From positions 1 through 64,000 of IMG/VR virus record IMGVR_UViG_3300042895_001344: DNA of 64,000 nt; one strand, given 5' to 3'. The translations under genes were made by a program, and so were the position numbers. Below the pieces are notes generated by a model. That model did not search any database. It was not told the DNA's origin and saw only the letters and a list, made by a program, of their open reading frames with translations. Of the stretch, positions 29,253-38,619 are shown piece by piece (position 1 is the stretch's first letter; the number at the start of each line of letters is the position of its first letter).

Positions 29253-30028
29253 TGAAAGGTATAATATTCGCCGGTTGTTCGTTTACTTGGGGTCAGGGAT
29301 TGTATTATTATTCCACTATGAAAAATGTGGTTAATCAAGGAAATCAATTTAAACCTAATTTATTAACAGATGCACACATTCGTTATAAAAATATATTTAG
29401 ATTTCCAAGATTGGTGGCTAATCATTTTAATGGATTTGAAATTGTTAGAGAACCGAATGGTGGTAATGATATAACGTCAATCGATTTTGTTAACAACTTA
29501 TTCGATAAATATAAATTTAATGATGGAGGTAAATATGATTATTCGGAAATTGATTATATTATATTACAAACATCTCAAATTGTTAGGAACCATTTTGATG
29601 TTGGGGTGGGTGGTAAATTAAAAACATTATCCTGTAGTCAAAACGATTCTAAGTTAACAAAATATTTAGTAGAAAATAACATAACATTTAATGAATGGTT
29701 TAATATATTTACAGGACAAGTATTTCAAAAAATAAAAGATTTTATTATATTCTACGAAAATAAAGGTATTAAAACTAAGATATGGTGTTGGCAAGATGAT
29801 TTATTAAAATATATTAAAACAGATTCTTATTTTTCAGATAAATTTATTAAATTTGAATATGAAGGACAAACATATGATTGTTTAGATTATATGATAAATT
29901 TGAATGAAAATTTACTTATATCAAATGATAAAATTAATTTTACAGAATTGATACCGGATCAACATCCATCTAAATTATGTCATGAAATAATTGCCAAAAA
30001 TATAATAAAAAATATAGAAAATAAATAA
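29252..30028 (+). CDS. SGNH-like protein, paralog of the preceding gene
   Basis: FAGCSFTWGQG, NGGN, DQHPS; shares TDAH.R.K...RFPRLVANHF with the preceding gene. Confidence 0.6.
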   Translation: MKGIIFAGCSFTWGQGLYYYSTMKNVVNQGNQFKPNLLTDAHIRYKNIFRFPRLVANHFNGFEIVREPNGGNDITSIDFVNNLFDKYKFNDGGKYDYSEIDYIILQTSQIVRNHFDVGVGGKLKTLSCSQNDSKLTKYLVENNITFNEWFNIFTGQVFQKIKDFIIFYENKGIKTKIWCWQDDLLKYIKTDSYFSDKFIKFEYEGQTYDCLDYMINLNENLLISNDKINFTELIPDQHPSKLCHEIIAKNIIKNIENK

Positions 30029-30030
30029 TT

Positions 30031-30576
30031 ATGAGTTCACCAGAATATACCCCATATAAGGACGCACTAACAAATTCAATGACTTACCTTGGTCAACAGG
30101 AAGATACTGTATTTATAGGTCAACAGGTTCTTTGGCACGGTAATCCAATGAGTACGACCATTGGTGATGTTCCTAAAGAAAAACTAATTGAACTTCCCGT
30201 TATGGAAGAATCTCAAATGGGTATGTCATTAGGAATGGCTATGGCTGGTAAGTTTGTCGTTACATTCTACCCTCGTTGGGATTTTGTAATATGTTCAACA
30301 AATCAATTAGTTAACCATGTTGATAAAATTGGATTAATGAGTCAAGGTAAATGGCAACCTAATATGATTATTCGTTTAGGTAAGGGTTCTGATAAACCGT
30401 TAGATCCAGGTCATCAACACAGAGGTAATTACTTTGAGGAATTCAAATCCATGTGTCCTAATATTAATTTTATTGATTTAAAGGATTGGAACGATATTGA
30501 ATTACATTATAAAAACGCATACGAAAAAGGTGGTATTCATGTAATTGTGGAATATCCTGAATTATATTATATTTAA
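30031..30576 (+). CDS. TPP-dependent enzyme, E1-beta/transketolase pyrimidine-binding domain only
   Basis: ELPVMEESQMGMSLGMA, PGHQH; 181 aa with no C-terminal domain. Confidence 0.8.
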   Translation: MSSPEYTPYKDALTNSMTYLGQQEDTVFIGQQVLWHGNPMSTTIGDVPKEKLIELPVMEESQMGMSLGMAMAGKFVVTFYPRWDFVICSTNQLVNHVDKIGLMSQGKWQPNMIIRLGKGSDKPLDPGHQHRGNYFEEFKSMCPNINFIDLKDWNDIELHYKNAYEKGGIHVIVEYPELYYI

Positions 30577-31644
30577 TTTTTTATTAACTAAATGATGGAA
30601 ATTATGTGTAACAATTTTCTTTTTATTTATATAATATAATTCATTCATGAATGAATTAAAAAATGGATGATCTTCTTTAAAAACTTGTATTTTTTTAACT
30701 TCTTCTTCGGTGTATGCACCATCTCCCCAATGTACATGTTGTGTATAATTAATATGTAATTTAAAACTACTACTTTTAAAAATATCTGTCATTATATTAT
30801 AAAACATTCCCATTTCTAAATAATTTTTCTCACTTACAACAAAAGACAATGTTAAATAATTAATAGTATCAATTGTACTTATAAATTTGAGATTACCTAA
30901 TAACATATCCCAATCACCATTTAATCTGGTAATATTTTCGTAAGTATATTTAGTTCCCGCATCTATACTAATTTCAATAGATCCTATATATTTTTTCGCT
31001 TGTAATGAATTCCACATTTTTTCATTTAACATTTTACCGTTAGTAATAATGTTTATATATTGTAAATTTGGATATTTTTTAATATCAAAATTAATTAAAT
31101 AGTTTCTATAAATTTTAGAATAAAATGGATCTCCACTACCAGTTATTAATATTGTTTTTATATGACTGGCAAATTTAGTCTCAATTTCATAAAGAGTTTT
31201 TAATTTATCTTGATGTTTTTTAGAATTTTCATCATCATTTGAAACTAAGTCCAATCTACAAGATGGACATTTAAAATTACAACTTCTATCAAAACCAAAT
31301 AAAACGTTCTCAGGATGGGTTTCTATTTTTTCAACATCTTCGATTGAGTTAATTTTATGATAGTTTAGAAATTTTTCTTTTTCTATGAAATTAATTGGTA
31401 TTTCGTTTGTGTTTAATAATCTATTTAAACTAGGACACACATTATGATCACAATGTCTATATGTTCCATCTAATACTGATTTCCGTATATCAATTGCCGT
31501 ATTAGTATCCCACTCTATTTCTTCTTTGCCGTCTCTAATACTTGTTGGACACCATGAGGGGCAACAAACATACACTTGATATGGTTGTAAGTCCATATAA
31601 CTAAACGGGTTAGTACAAACATATTTATTTAACTTATCCTTCAT
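30562..31644 (-). CDS. Radical SAM protein with N-terminal twitch/SPASM-like Cys cluster
   Basis: CTNPF, CCPSWC, CNFKCPSC, GSGDPF. Likely ATG at 31644. Confidence 0.8.
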   Translation of the reverse strand: MKDKLNKYVCTNPFSYMDLQPYQVYVCCPSWCPTSIRDGKEEIEWDTNTAIDIRKSVLDGTYRHCDHNVCPSLNRLLNTNEIPINFIEKEKFLNYHKINSIEDVEKIETHPENVLFGFDRSCNFKCPSCRLDLVSNDDENSKKHQDKLKTLYEIETKFASHIKTILITGSGDPFYSKIYRNYLINFDIKKYPNLQYINIITNGKMLNEKMWNSLQAKKYIGSIEISIDAGTKYTYENITRLNGDWDMLLGNLKFISTIDTINYLTLSFVVSEKNYLEMGMFYNIMTDIFKSSSFKLHINYTQHVHWGDGAYTEEEVKKIQVFKEDHPFFNSFMNELYYINKKKIVTHNFHHLVNKKLNII

Positions 31645-32062
31645 TTTCTTCTTTTGTTGGCCAACTAACTTCCCAATCTTTAAAATCAGCCGCAATACAA
31701 TCAATTTTATAATCTTTTCTTCCACCAACAACTTCTTGTATTTTATTCTTGGCGGTATTTCTTATACCATTTAATCCGTGAGTTAACGATAACATACTTG
31801 GTCCTTCTTTTCCACTTCTTACATTAGATTCGTTATGCCAAATGTGTAAATTCATTTGTGCACATACAATAACCGCTCTCAACATCTCACCAGTTATAAC
31901 AACATCTTTCTCACTTAAAATAAGTTGTATGTCGTGTGTGATATCAGCAATTTCTTTAGCGTATTCTTCTTTATGTTCAGTTATAAACACTTCTTTTAAT
32001 TGTACAATCGAAAGTCTATCAATTAACTCCGATAATGTTGGTAAAAATCTTCTTTGTTCCAT
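31634..32062 (-). CDS. Helical hypothetical protein (DUF6165-like)
   Basis: LPTLSELIDRLSIVQLK N-terminal motif; coupled to neighbouring genes. Confidence 0.5.
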   Translation of the reverse strand: MEQRRFLPTLSELIDRLSIVQLKEVFITEHKEEYAKEIADITHDIQLILSEKDVVITGEMLRAVIVCAQMNLHIWHNESNVRSGKEGPSMLSLTHGLNGIRNTAKNKIQEVVGGRKDYKIDCIAADFKDWEVSWPTKEENEG

Positions 32063-33027
32063 TATATTAATTTGTTTTGTTTTTTTATTTCTGATAAATA
32101 ATCATTTTTTATTATAAAATCATACATAGTTTTTGCAATCTCAGTATGAGCTTTTATTGACGGGTGTGCACAGGGTGTTATATATCCACCTTTTGACATT
32201 TTTTTATTTGAGTACGCGTAATCGTAATATTTTGCCGATGATTCTACACCTATTAAATCGTCTCTATTCTCTAAATGACATAACATGTCAGCAACACAAG
32301 AAAAACCTCCTGGTTTGAGGTAACTATCCCAATTAACCATAGTCATCAATTCATTAAGATAATGAATATTACCATAAAGATAGTTTTCCTTTGTTTTTTC
32401 TCCTCTTATTTTTTTATAAAATGATTCATTGTTATAATCTGTTGAGAAAGCACTTGTTAATATTAATTTTGCATTATTTGCTTTACACCATGTTTGAGCT
32501 TCATGAATGTTCAATATTAATTCTATTGTTGCGGATCTATCTGAATAGATATGAGTAAGATACTCATTCCATAAACCTCTTTCATCTCCGACATGTGAAT
32601 CGGTTGGCCACATTGTTTTAAAATGAATATGTTGATTTAAATTTTTATGTACAAAATCAAATCTCTCCATACCTGTTAACATGAAAATAACTATTTTTTC
32701 TTTTATATTTTCAAATTTAAACGCGGGGTGCATTGATAATTGTTTAACAGATGCTCGATTACCTCTACCTACCATACCTAAATTAATCGACATATAATCT
32801 GTTAAATGGTTTTTACATAATTGATTTACCCATGAGTTTTCATAAAAGATTGTATCCACGATTTTTTCGTCGGATTCAGGAACATTTTTCATATCCCAAT
32901 TATATTTTTTCCATATATCTTCACTACAAGCACCTTGTCCTTGTGTAAAACTATCTCCAATACCAATTATAACTTTAGAATCTGTAGTTAATTTTCTAAT
33001 TAAATCGTATTTATACCAATCAAACAT
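32062..33027 (-). CDS. SGNH-like protein
   Basis: IGDSFTQGQG, GRGN, AHPS. Confidence 0.6.
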   Translation of the reverse strand: MFDWYKYDLIRKLTTDSKVIIGIGDSFTQGQGACSEDIWKKYNWDMKNVPESDEKIVDTIFYENSWVNQLCKNHLTDYMSINLGMVGRGNRASVKQLSMHPAFKFENIKEKIVIFMLTGMERFDFVHKNLNQHIHFKTMWPTDSHVGDERGLWNEYLTHIYSDRSATIELILNIHEAQTWCKANNAKLILTSAFSTDYNNESFYKKIRGEKTKENYLYGNIHYLNELMTMVNWDSYLKPGGFSCVADMLCHLENRDDLIGVESSAKYYDYAYSNKKMSKGGYITPCAHPSIKAHTEIAKTMYDFIIKNDYLSEIKKQNKLI

Positions 33028-34313
33028 TAAATTAAATTTTTAATTTTATTTGTATGATTACAATAATTTTTTAAATTGGTATACGCTTCAGGTAATTTAA
33101 ATAATTTACCAACCAATACTGATTGATTATATTTTATAATTTCTTCCATAGAAGAAAACCATTTTAATTTATCTTGAATATCATCAACTTTTTTAATTGA
33201 CTCAATAATATATTGTAACCTTTCATGTGTCGGTAAATGATCATATCCCTCATCTATAAAACCATCAAATGTTTTATATCCAATTTTTTTCATCATTTCC
33301 ATACTATCCTTATTCCCCATTATAATAAATGGACTATTACATGCAATAACTTTAAATGTTTTTTCACTTAAAAACATGGTTTCGTCACTATCACCACAAT
33401 GAGCTTCACTAATAACCGTCATAAATGTATCTAATGAAATTTGATTATTGAATCTTCTAATATAGAAATTATCATCAAATTCATCGTTACTTTTTTCATG
33501 TACTAAAAGTGGTAATCCAACTAATATTTCGTCTATACGTTCTTTACTTATTTCTTGTCCTTCAAATATATAACCATGTTTATCGAATGAGTTCATACTA
33601 ACTAATCCCTTGTTAATTAATCCCGCTTGATGTAAGTAATTATAAAACCAAACTCTTTGTAATCTAATTCTTTTATTTAAACAAGCGAAAGTTTTAATAT
33701 GAGATATATTTTCTGTTTTATGTGTGATGTGATCTTCAAATGTTGGTAATGGGTGGTTATCTCTGATTTTTTCATAACACATCATCCCCATATCTAATTC
33801 AAAATGTGAATATGGTATAACTTTAATCTTTTCAATTACATCATTGTCTTTTGTCCATTTTTCATATGTTTCATCGGCAATCATATTACCAGTAACATAA
33901 ATGATACGTGTTGGTGAAACATTCCATTCTTTACATTCTTTATGAAACCACTCCCATAACCAAGGTGTTTGATACCCCTCTAAACTTTGATCCAACATAA
34001 CATAAGCTTTATTATTTCTTAAGTCAGTTAGATATTTTTCATTAAGATAAAAGAAAAAACTTTTAACCCTAGGGTCATACCCTGTCCAATCATCGGGACT
34101 ATGGTTTACTGATGTTGGGATTATATACTCTTCATCAATTATTTCATCTACCGAATAATAATTTAACTCTCCATTAATATTTGATAATTGGCAATTAATG
34201 TTTGTTGCGGTTAATAATGGTGATATACCAAACCTATTAATCCCTGATCTATTAATATCTTTACAGGAAGTAAAATTAGCCAGATTAAACTTATCTTCAA
34301 AAACAAAATTCAT
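33027..34313 (-). CDS. GT10-like family putative glycosyltransferase
   Basis: LNKRIRLQR and TVISEA..LSEKTFKVI..PFIIMG..GYD. Confidence 0.45.
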   Translation of the reverse strand: MNFVFEDKFNLANFTSCKDINRSGINRFGISPLLTATNINCQLSNINGELNYYSVDEIIDEEYIIPTSVNHSPDDWTGYDPRVKSFFFYLNEKYLTDLRNNKAYVMLDQSLEGYQTPWLWEWFHKECKEWNVSPTRIIYVTGNMIADETYEKWTKDNDVIEKIKVIPYSHFELDMGMMCYEKIRDNHPLPTFEDHITHKTENISHIKTFACLNKRIRLQRVWFYNYLHQAGLINKGLVSMNSFDKHGYIFEGQEISKERIDEILVGLPLLVHEKSNDEFDDNFYIRRFNNQISLDTFMTVISEAHCGDSDETMFLSEKTFKVIACNSPFIIMGNKDSMEMMKKIGYKTFDGFIDEGYDHLPTHERLQYIIESIKKVDDIQDKLKWFSSMEEIIKYNQSVLVGKLFKLPEAYTNLKNYCNHTNKIKNLI

Positions 34314-35761
34314 TATTTATTGTAATTTTCTTTATCTGACACATAAACTCCAGGTTCATAGTGTGTTATTCTACCATCAGTAATTTTTACATCTTGTATT
34401 GTGTTGTCAATCACTAATGAATTATACCAATCTTCTAACTCAGGGAATGTCTCCACGAAATTCTTGTTTCTACGAATATCATATTGAACATAGAAGCTTT
34501 TAAAGTCATGATATTGTATTGACATGTCCATTTCACTTGTATTATGACCTCTATTAACAACTTCAATATAATCAATCAATCTTTGAATTTGAGCACCTTC
34601 ATGCATATTGATTAACGGATTCTTTTTATGTTTTCTCCACCACATTGATAACTTACCGTGTAAATCGTGTTTAATATCGTCCGGTAATGTAAGTGGTGAC
34701 ATAAACGCCGGCCATCTTAAAATGTTAAAGTCAACAATTGGTTTATGTGTTCCGTATTTCTCTTTTAATTTCAACATATCATCTAAAAATTCAGTAATAC
34801 TAAATAAACACAAACTATTAATTGTCATCATAATAACAACTTGTCTAATTTTAGCACTCTCAATTACTTTAACTAAATTACTTCTCCATAGTTCATAATT
34901 TAAACCATCCCTAATATATTCCGCTTGCTCACCATAAGCTTCACAACTTGTATACAAATCGAATTCTTTGATGTCTAATTCGTGAGATATACTAATTAAC
35001 CTATTCACCGTCGTTTCGTTAAGACCTAGGTTAGAATTGACTGCAAGTCGTAAATTAGGGGACGGATATTGTTTCATTGTATCCATGAACTGCCAAAAAT
35101 TACGAGATTGTGATGGTTCTCCACCAGTTACACGTATTTCCATTAATTTTTGTGACAATTCAGGCCACCATTTTAAGAAAGCATCAACATATGGATTGTT
35201 CTCATTGTATTTACCGTAAATCTCAGACCAAGATCCGTCAGCATAATATGCCCCCGCACTTGTTGTTTTAAATTTCTGATATGGACCATTATCTTTAATG
35301 TCTTTACCCCATGTTGTTGAGTATCCTGAATTACAATATGAACAAGCAAAATTACATGTTCTATCAAAAGATACCTCGATAGTCTGTGGTACAATATCCG
35401 CATCCCAAGGTAGTTCTTTTAATGCCGCAATATCTTCAGAACTATAAATTTGACTTTTATATATACGATCCGAAATATTATTTCTACCGATATCTTCAAT
35501 CTTCCAACAGTAAGAACATTCCGCCGGTTTAACACCTTCTAACATCATTTTACGAATTTCTTTCTTAAAATCAGTATTATGTAATGCTGCTGGATTTGTT
35601 TTTATTGCTTCAACATCAATGGGATGTGGTAATGGTAAATGACACGAGTTTGTAAATCCATGACCTAAGTGTAAACTAACATTTAACCATTTAGCCGCAC
35701 AAAAACTACAACTTACTTTATTTAAATGTTCATCTCTCCAGTTTGCTAATTGTTCTGACAT
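34313..35761 (-). CDS. Twitch-domain radical SAM protein
   Basis: CAAKW, SCH, CSYCW, CNFACSYC, TGGEP. Confidence 0.85.
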   Translation of the reverse strand: MSEQLANWRDEHLNKVSCSFCAAKWLNVSLHLGHGFTNSCHLPLPHPIDVEAIKTNPAALHNTDFKKEIRKMMLEGVKPAECSYCWKIEDIGRNNISDRIYKSQIYSSEDIAALKELPWDADIVPQTIEVSFDRTCNFACSYCNSGYSTTWGKDIKDNGPYQKFKTTSAGAYYADGSWSEIYGKYNENNPYVDAFLKWWPELSQKLMEIRVTGGEPSQSRNFWQFMDTMKQYPSPNLRLAVNSNLGLNETTVNRLISISHELDIKEFDLYTSCEAYGEQAEYIRDGLNYELWRSNLVKVIESAKIRQVVIMMTINSLCLFSITEFLDDMLKLKEKYGTHKPIVDFNILRWPAFMSPLTLPDDIKHDLHGKLSMWWRKHKKNPLINMHEGAQIQRLIDYIEVVNRGHNTSEMDMSIQYHDFKSFYVQYDIRRNKNFVETFPELEDWYNSLVIDNTIQDVKITDGRITHYEPGVYVSDKENYNK

Positions 35762-35795
35762 TTTTATATTTTTATTAATGTAATTAAAATTATTG

Positions 35796-36542
35796 TTATT
35801 TCATATATTGTATTGGTACTTTTTCTAAAAAGTTACAATTTTTTGATTCATCATAAATTATATCTAAATTGTTAATAATCTCAAAATCGTATAAACAAAT
35901 AAGATCTTCATAATAATATTTTTCTACTAAACCTACTAATTCAGATTGATATAAATCTTTTGCATCATTTATATCTGACGACTTCATTAAAATAGAAAAA
36001 TGATTTAAGTCCATTTCCCCATAATATCTTTGTTCTTTCAACCCGCAATCAGGACTCGAACACCCTAAATATAAACCGTCCGACCTATAATCTTCAATTA
36101 ATTGTCCTTCAAATGTTAGTTCATTTACTTCGACAAAGTTTTTATATAATATAAATTTATTTAATTTTCTAATAACAGATAGTGTTACACCATTTTCAAC
36201 GTCCTTCTTATCCACATCTTTAAAATGTATATATTTAAATTCATCTTCTCCATTGTCTTTTCTTACCCAAAATTCCCAAGCAACATCGTTAGTTTCACTA
36301 TTATATGATAATCCCATATTTTTTCCAGGTTTACCGTATATCATACAAATTTTATCAATTTTATATTTTTCTTTAATTGTAAAATTACAGGTAATTATAA
36401 ATTTTTCTTTATGTTGAAAATCATACACATTATAATTTTTTTCTTTATCAAAAATAGTAACGTATTGATTATCGTGATGTTCACTTAAATCCCAATTATA
36501 TTTAATCCAATAAGGGTGTTTATATTTTATTCTCATATTCAA
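35796..36542 (-). CDS. Degenerate LamG/concanavalin A-like domain protein
   Basis: Paralogous to the N-terminus of the next gene: GKPGKNMGLSY, LYLGC, YYGEMDLNHFSI, CLYDF. Confidence 0.45.
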   Translation of the reverse strand: MNMRIKYKHPYWIKYNWDLSEHHDNQYVTIFDKEKNYNVYDFQHKEKFIITCNFTIKEKYKIDKICMIYGKPGKNMGLSYNSETNDVAWEFWVRKDNGEDEFKYIHFKDVDKKDVENGVTLSVIRKLNKFILYKNFVEVNELTFEGQLIEDYRSDGLYLGCSSPDCGLKEQRYYGEMDLNHFSILMKSSDINDAKDLYQSELVGLVEKYYYEDLICLYDFEIINNLDIIYDESKNCNFLEKVPIQYMK

Positions 36543-38619
36543 TTTTCTTTATAAATTTAATCAATTCTGGAAAATATTCTTCGCAAACATAACCTCTTCT
36601 AATTTCATATTCTCTAATAAATTTTACAAAATCTAATTTGTCTTTATTAAATGAATTAGAATCAAGTTCTGAATCACTAATAAAAATATCTCTCAATCTA
36701 GATATTTTTTCAATTTCTTGTAATGAAAAACCAACATCTTTAATTTCTTGCATTTTATGAAAATTTAAACTTCTAAAACTTGTGTTAAATTTCATAAATT
36801 TTATACATCTATCAAAATAATCAATTTTAACATAATCTTTTAATATCCTAAAACTTAAAAACGGTGGATGTCTTAAATATGATGTGTCCAAAATAATTGC
36901 CGAATTCCAATATCTTTCATCATTAAAATGTTTAATTTTCATTTTATATATTCTTTTTATTAATCTCTCATAAGAAAATACACTAAATATATTAAATGTT
37001 GCCATAACGACAATAGTTACTTTCGGTAATAAAGTTAGAATTTTATCTATATTTTTAAATAACATATTAAAATCTAAACCATACCTAGTGTATTCGGCTT
37101 GTTTTCCGTCAGCTTCACAAGATGTAAAAATAATTATTTCTTTTACTCTTTTTTCGTCAATTATAATTGTTAACTTTTCAATTAATTTATCAACTAAATC
37201 ATCAGGTATACCTAAATTACTATTAATTGATAATTTTAAATTTTTATTTGGTTCCTCAGTTTCAATAATGTAATCTAGTACTTTCCAAGTATCTTTAGAT
37301 AGCAATGGTTCTCCTCCGGTAATTCTAAACGTATCTAAACTACTATATAATTCGGGAAACCACGTCCAAAAAGCTTGGACGTATGGATTTTCTTCAGAAT
37401 GTTTATATGGTACCGTATTTCGTTCTTCCATTCTTTTTGTACCATTATAATCATATGAAAGTCTATATGGTCCATATTGATTAATTTCTTCCATCCATTT
37501 AGATGAATATTCAGGTCCACAATATGCACATTTAAAATTACAAGTATTGGAAAAACTAACTTCAGCATACTTTGGGTTAAAATCATCTCTCCAATTTGAT
37601 TTAGATATATCATGAAAATATGGTTCTGACCAAGGTTCCGATGATTTAAAAATTCTATCTGAAAATGATTTTACAGTTGTGTCTTCAACATTCCAACAAT
37701 ATTGACATTCGGATGGTCGTTCTCCTTCCAACATTTCTTTTCTAGCTTGTTTTTTTATTAGACTATTATGTAATGCCGTTGGATTTCTTTTAATTTCATT
37801 TAAATTTACTTTATGTGGTTCTGGATGGTGACAACTATGTGTTGTTCCATTATGTAAATGCATGGTTACTTGAGTCCATTTAGCCAAACAAAATCCGCAA
37901 CCAACACCATCTAATTTTTCCTTCATTAATTCGAATCCAACGTTAGACATTTTATTTTTTTTCTTTAAAAATGTCTTATCTTTTAACTCGTCCATTATTA
38001 AAAACTCGTCATTTTTATCCTCCAAATCATAATAACAATATAATGTATCAAAATCATATGAATTTTTTAATTCAGTACTATCTGTTGAATATTTTTCTAA
38101 CTTTTCAATATCAATATCCTCAGAATATATACTTAAATGTTTTAACTCCATTTCGGTTAAACATTTATGTCTAATATTTGTACTATCAATATTATGACAT
38201 CCAATATATATTGGTTCATTAATATAATCACTAACCAATTCACCTTCACTTTCTATTGTGTCGATTAATTTAAAATCTTTATATAATTTAAATGTTTTTT
38301 TATTGTAGGTAATTGACAATGTTAATCCACTCGATAAAGTGGAGTTATTTAAGATGTCATAAGTATAACAATTAAATTTTTCTTCTCCGTTTTCTTGTAC
38401 TGTCCAAAATTCAAATACAAACAAATCAACTTCATAATCATAACTAATACCAAAATTTTTACCAGGTACACCTAAAAATCCAATTTTGTAGTCTTTTTCA
38501 AAGTCTTTACCTATTTTAAATGAAATATTAATACTAAAACTACCTTGAGTAATTATATTACTTTGTATTTCATGTAATTTTGGTTTTAGGAACCACGGTT
38601 TCTGATATTCTATTCTCAT
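36520..38619 (-). CDS. LamG-like domain fused to a twitch radical SAM enzyme
   Basis: N-terminal GVPGKNFGISY, IYIGC, CYYD; C-terminal CLAKW, CQYCW, CNFKCAYC, TGGEP. Confidence 0.8.
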   Translation of the reverse strand: MRIEYQKPWFLKPKLHEIQSNIITQGSFSINISFKIGKDFEKDYKIGFLGVPGKNFGISYDYEVDLFVFEFWTVQENGEEKFNCYTYDILNNSTLSSGLTLSITYNKKTFKLYKDFKLIDTIESEGELVSDYINEPIYIGCHNIDSTNIRHKCLTEMELKHLSIYSEDIDIEKLEKYSTDSTELKNSYDFDTLYCYYDLEDKNDEFLIMDELKDKTFLKKKNKMSNVGFELMKEKLDGVGCGFCLAKWTQVTMHLHNGTTHSCHHPEPHKVNLNEIKRNPTALHNSLIKKQARKEMLEGERPSECQYCWNVEDTTVKSFSDRIFKSSEPWSEPYFHDISKSNWRDDFNPKYAEVSFSNTCNFKCAYCGPEYSSKWMEEINQYGPYRLSYDYNGTKRMEERNTVPYKHSEENPYVQAFWTWFPELYSSLDTFRITGGEPLLSKDTWKVLDYIIETEEPNKNLKLSINSNLGIPDDLVDKLIEKLTIIIDEKRVKEIIIFTSCEADGKQAEYTRYGLDFNMLFKNIDKILTLLPKVTIVVMATFNIFSVFSYERLIKRIYKMKIKHFNDERYWNSAIILDTSYLRHPPFLSFRILKDYVKIDYFDRCIKFMKFNTSFRSLNFHKMQEIKDVGFSLQEIEKISRLRDIFISDSELDSNSFNKDKLDFVKFIREYEIRRGYVCEEYFPELIKFIKKIEYENKI

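Noticed and set aside
23914-30576. Pyruvate dehydrogenase as a central-metabolism auxiliary gene
   Set aside because: Subunits are short or truncated, there is no E2/E3, and they are embedded among sugar-nucleotide genes.
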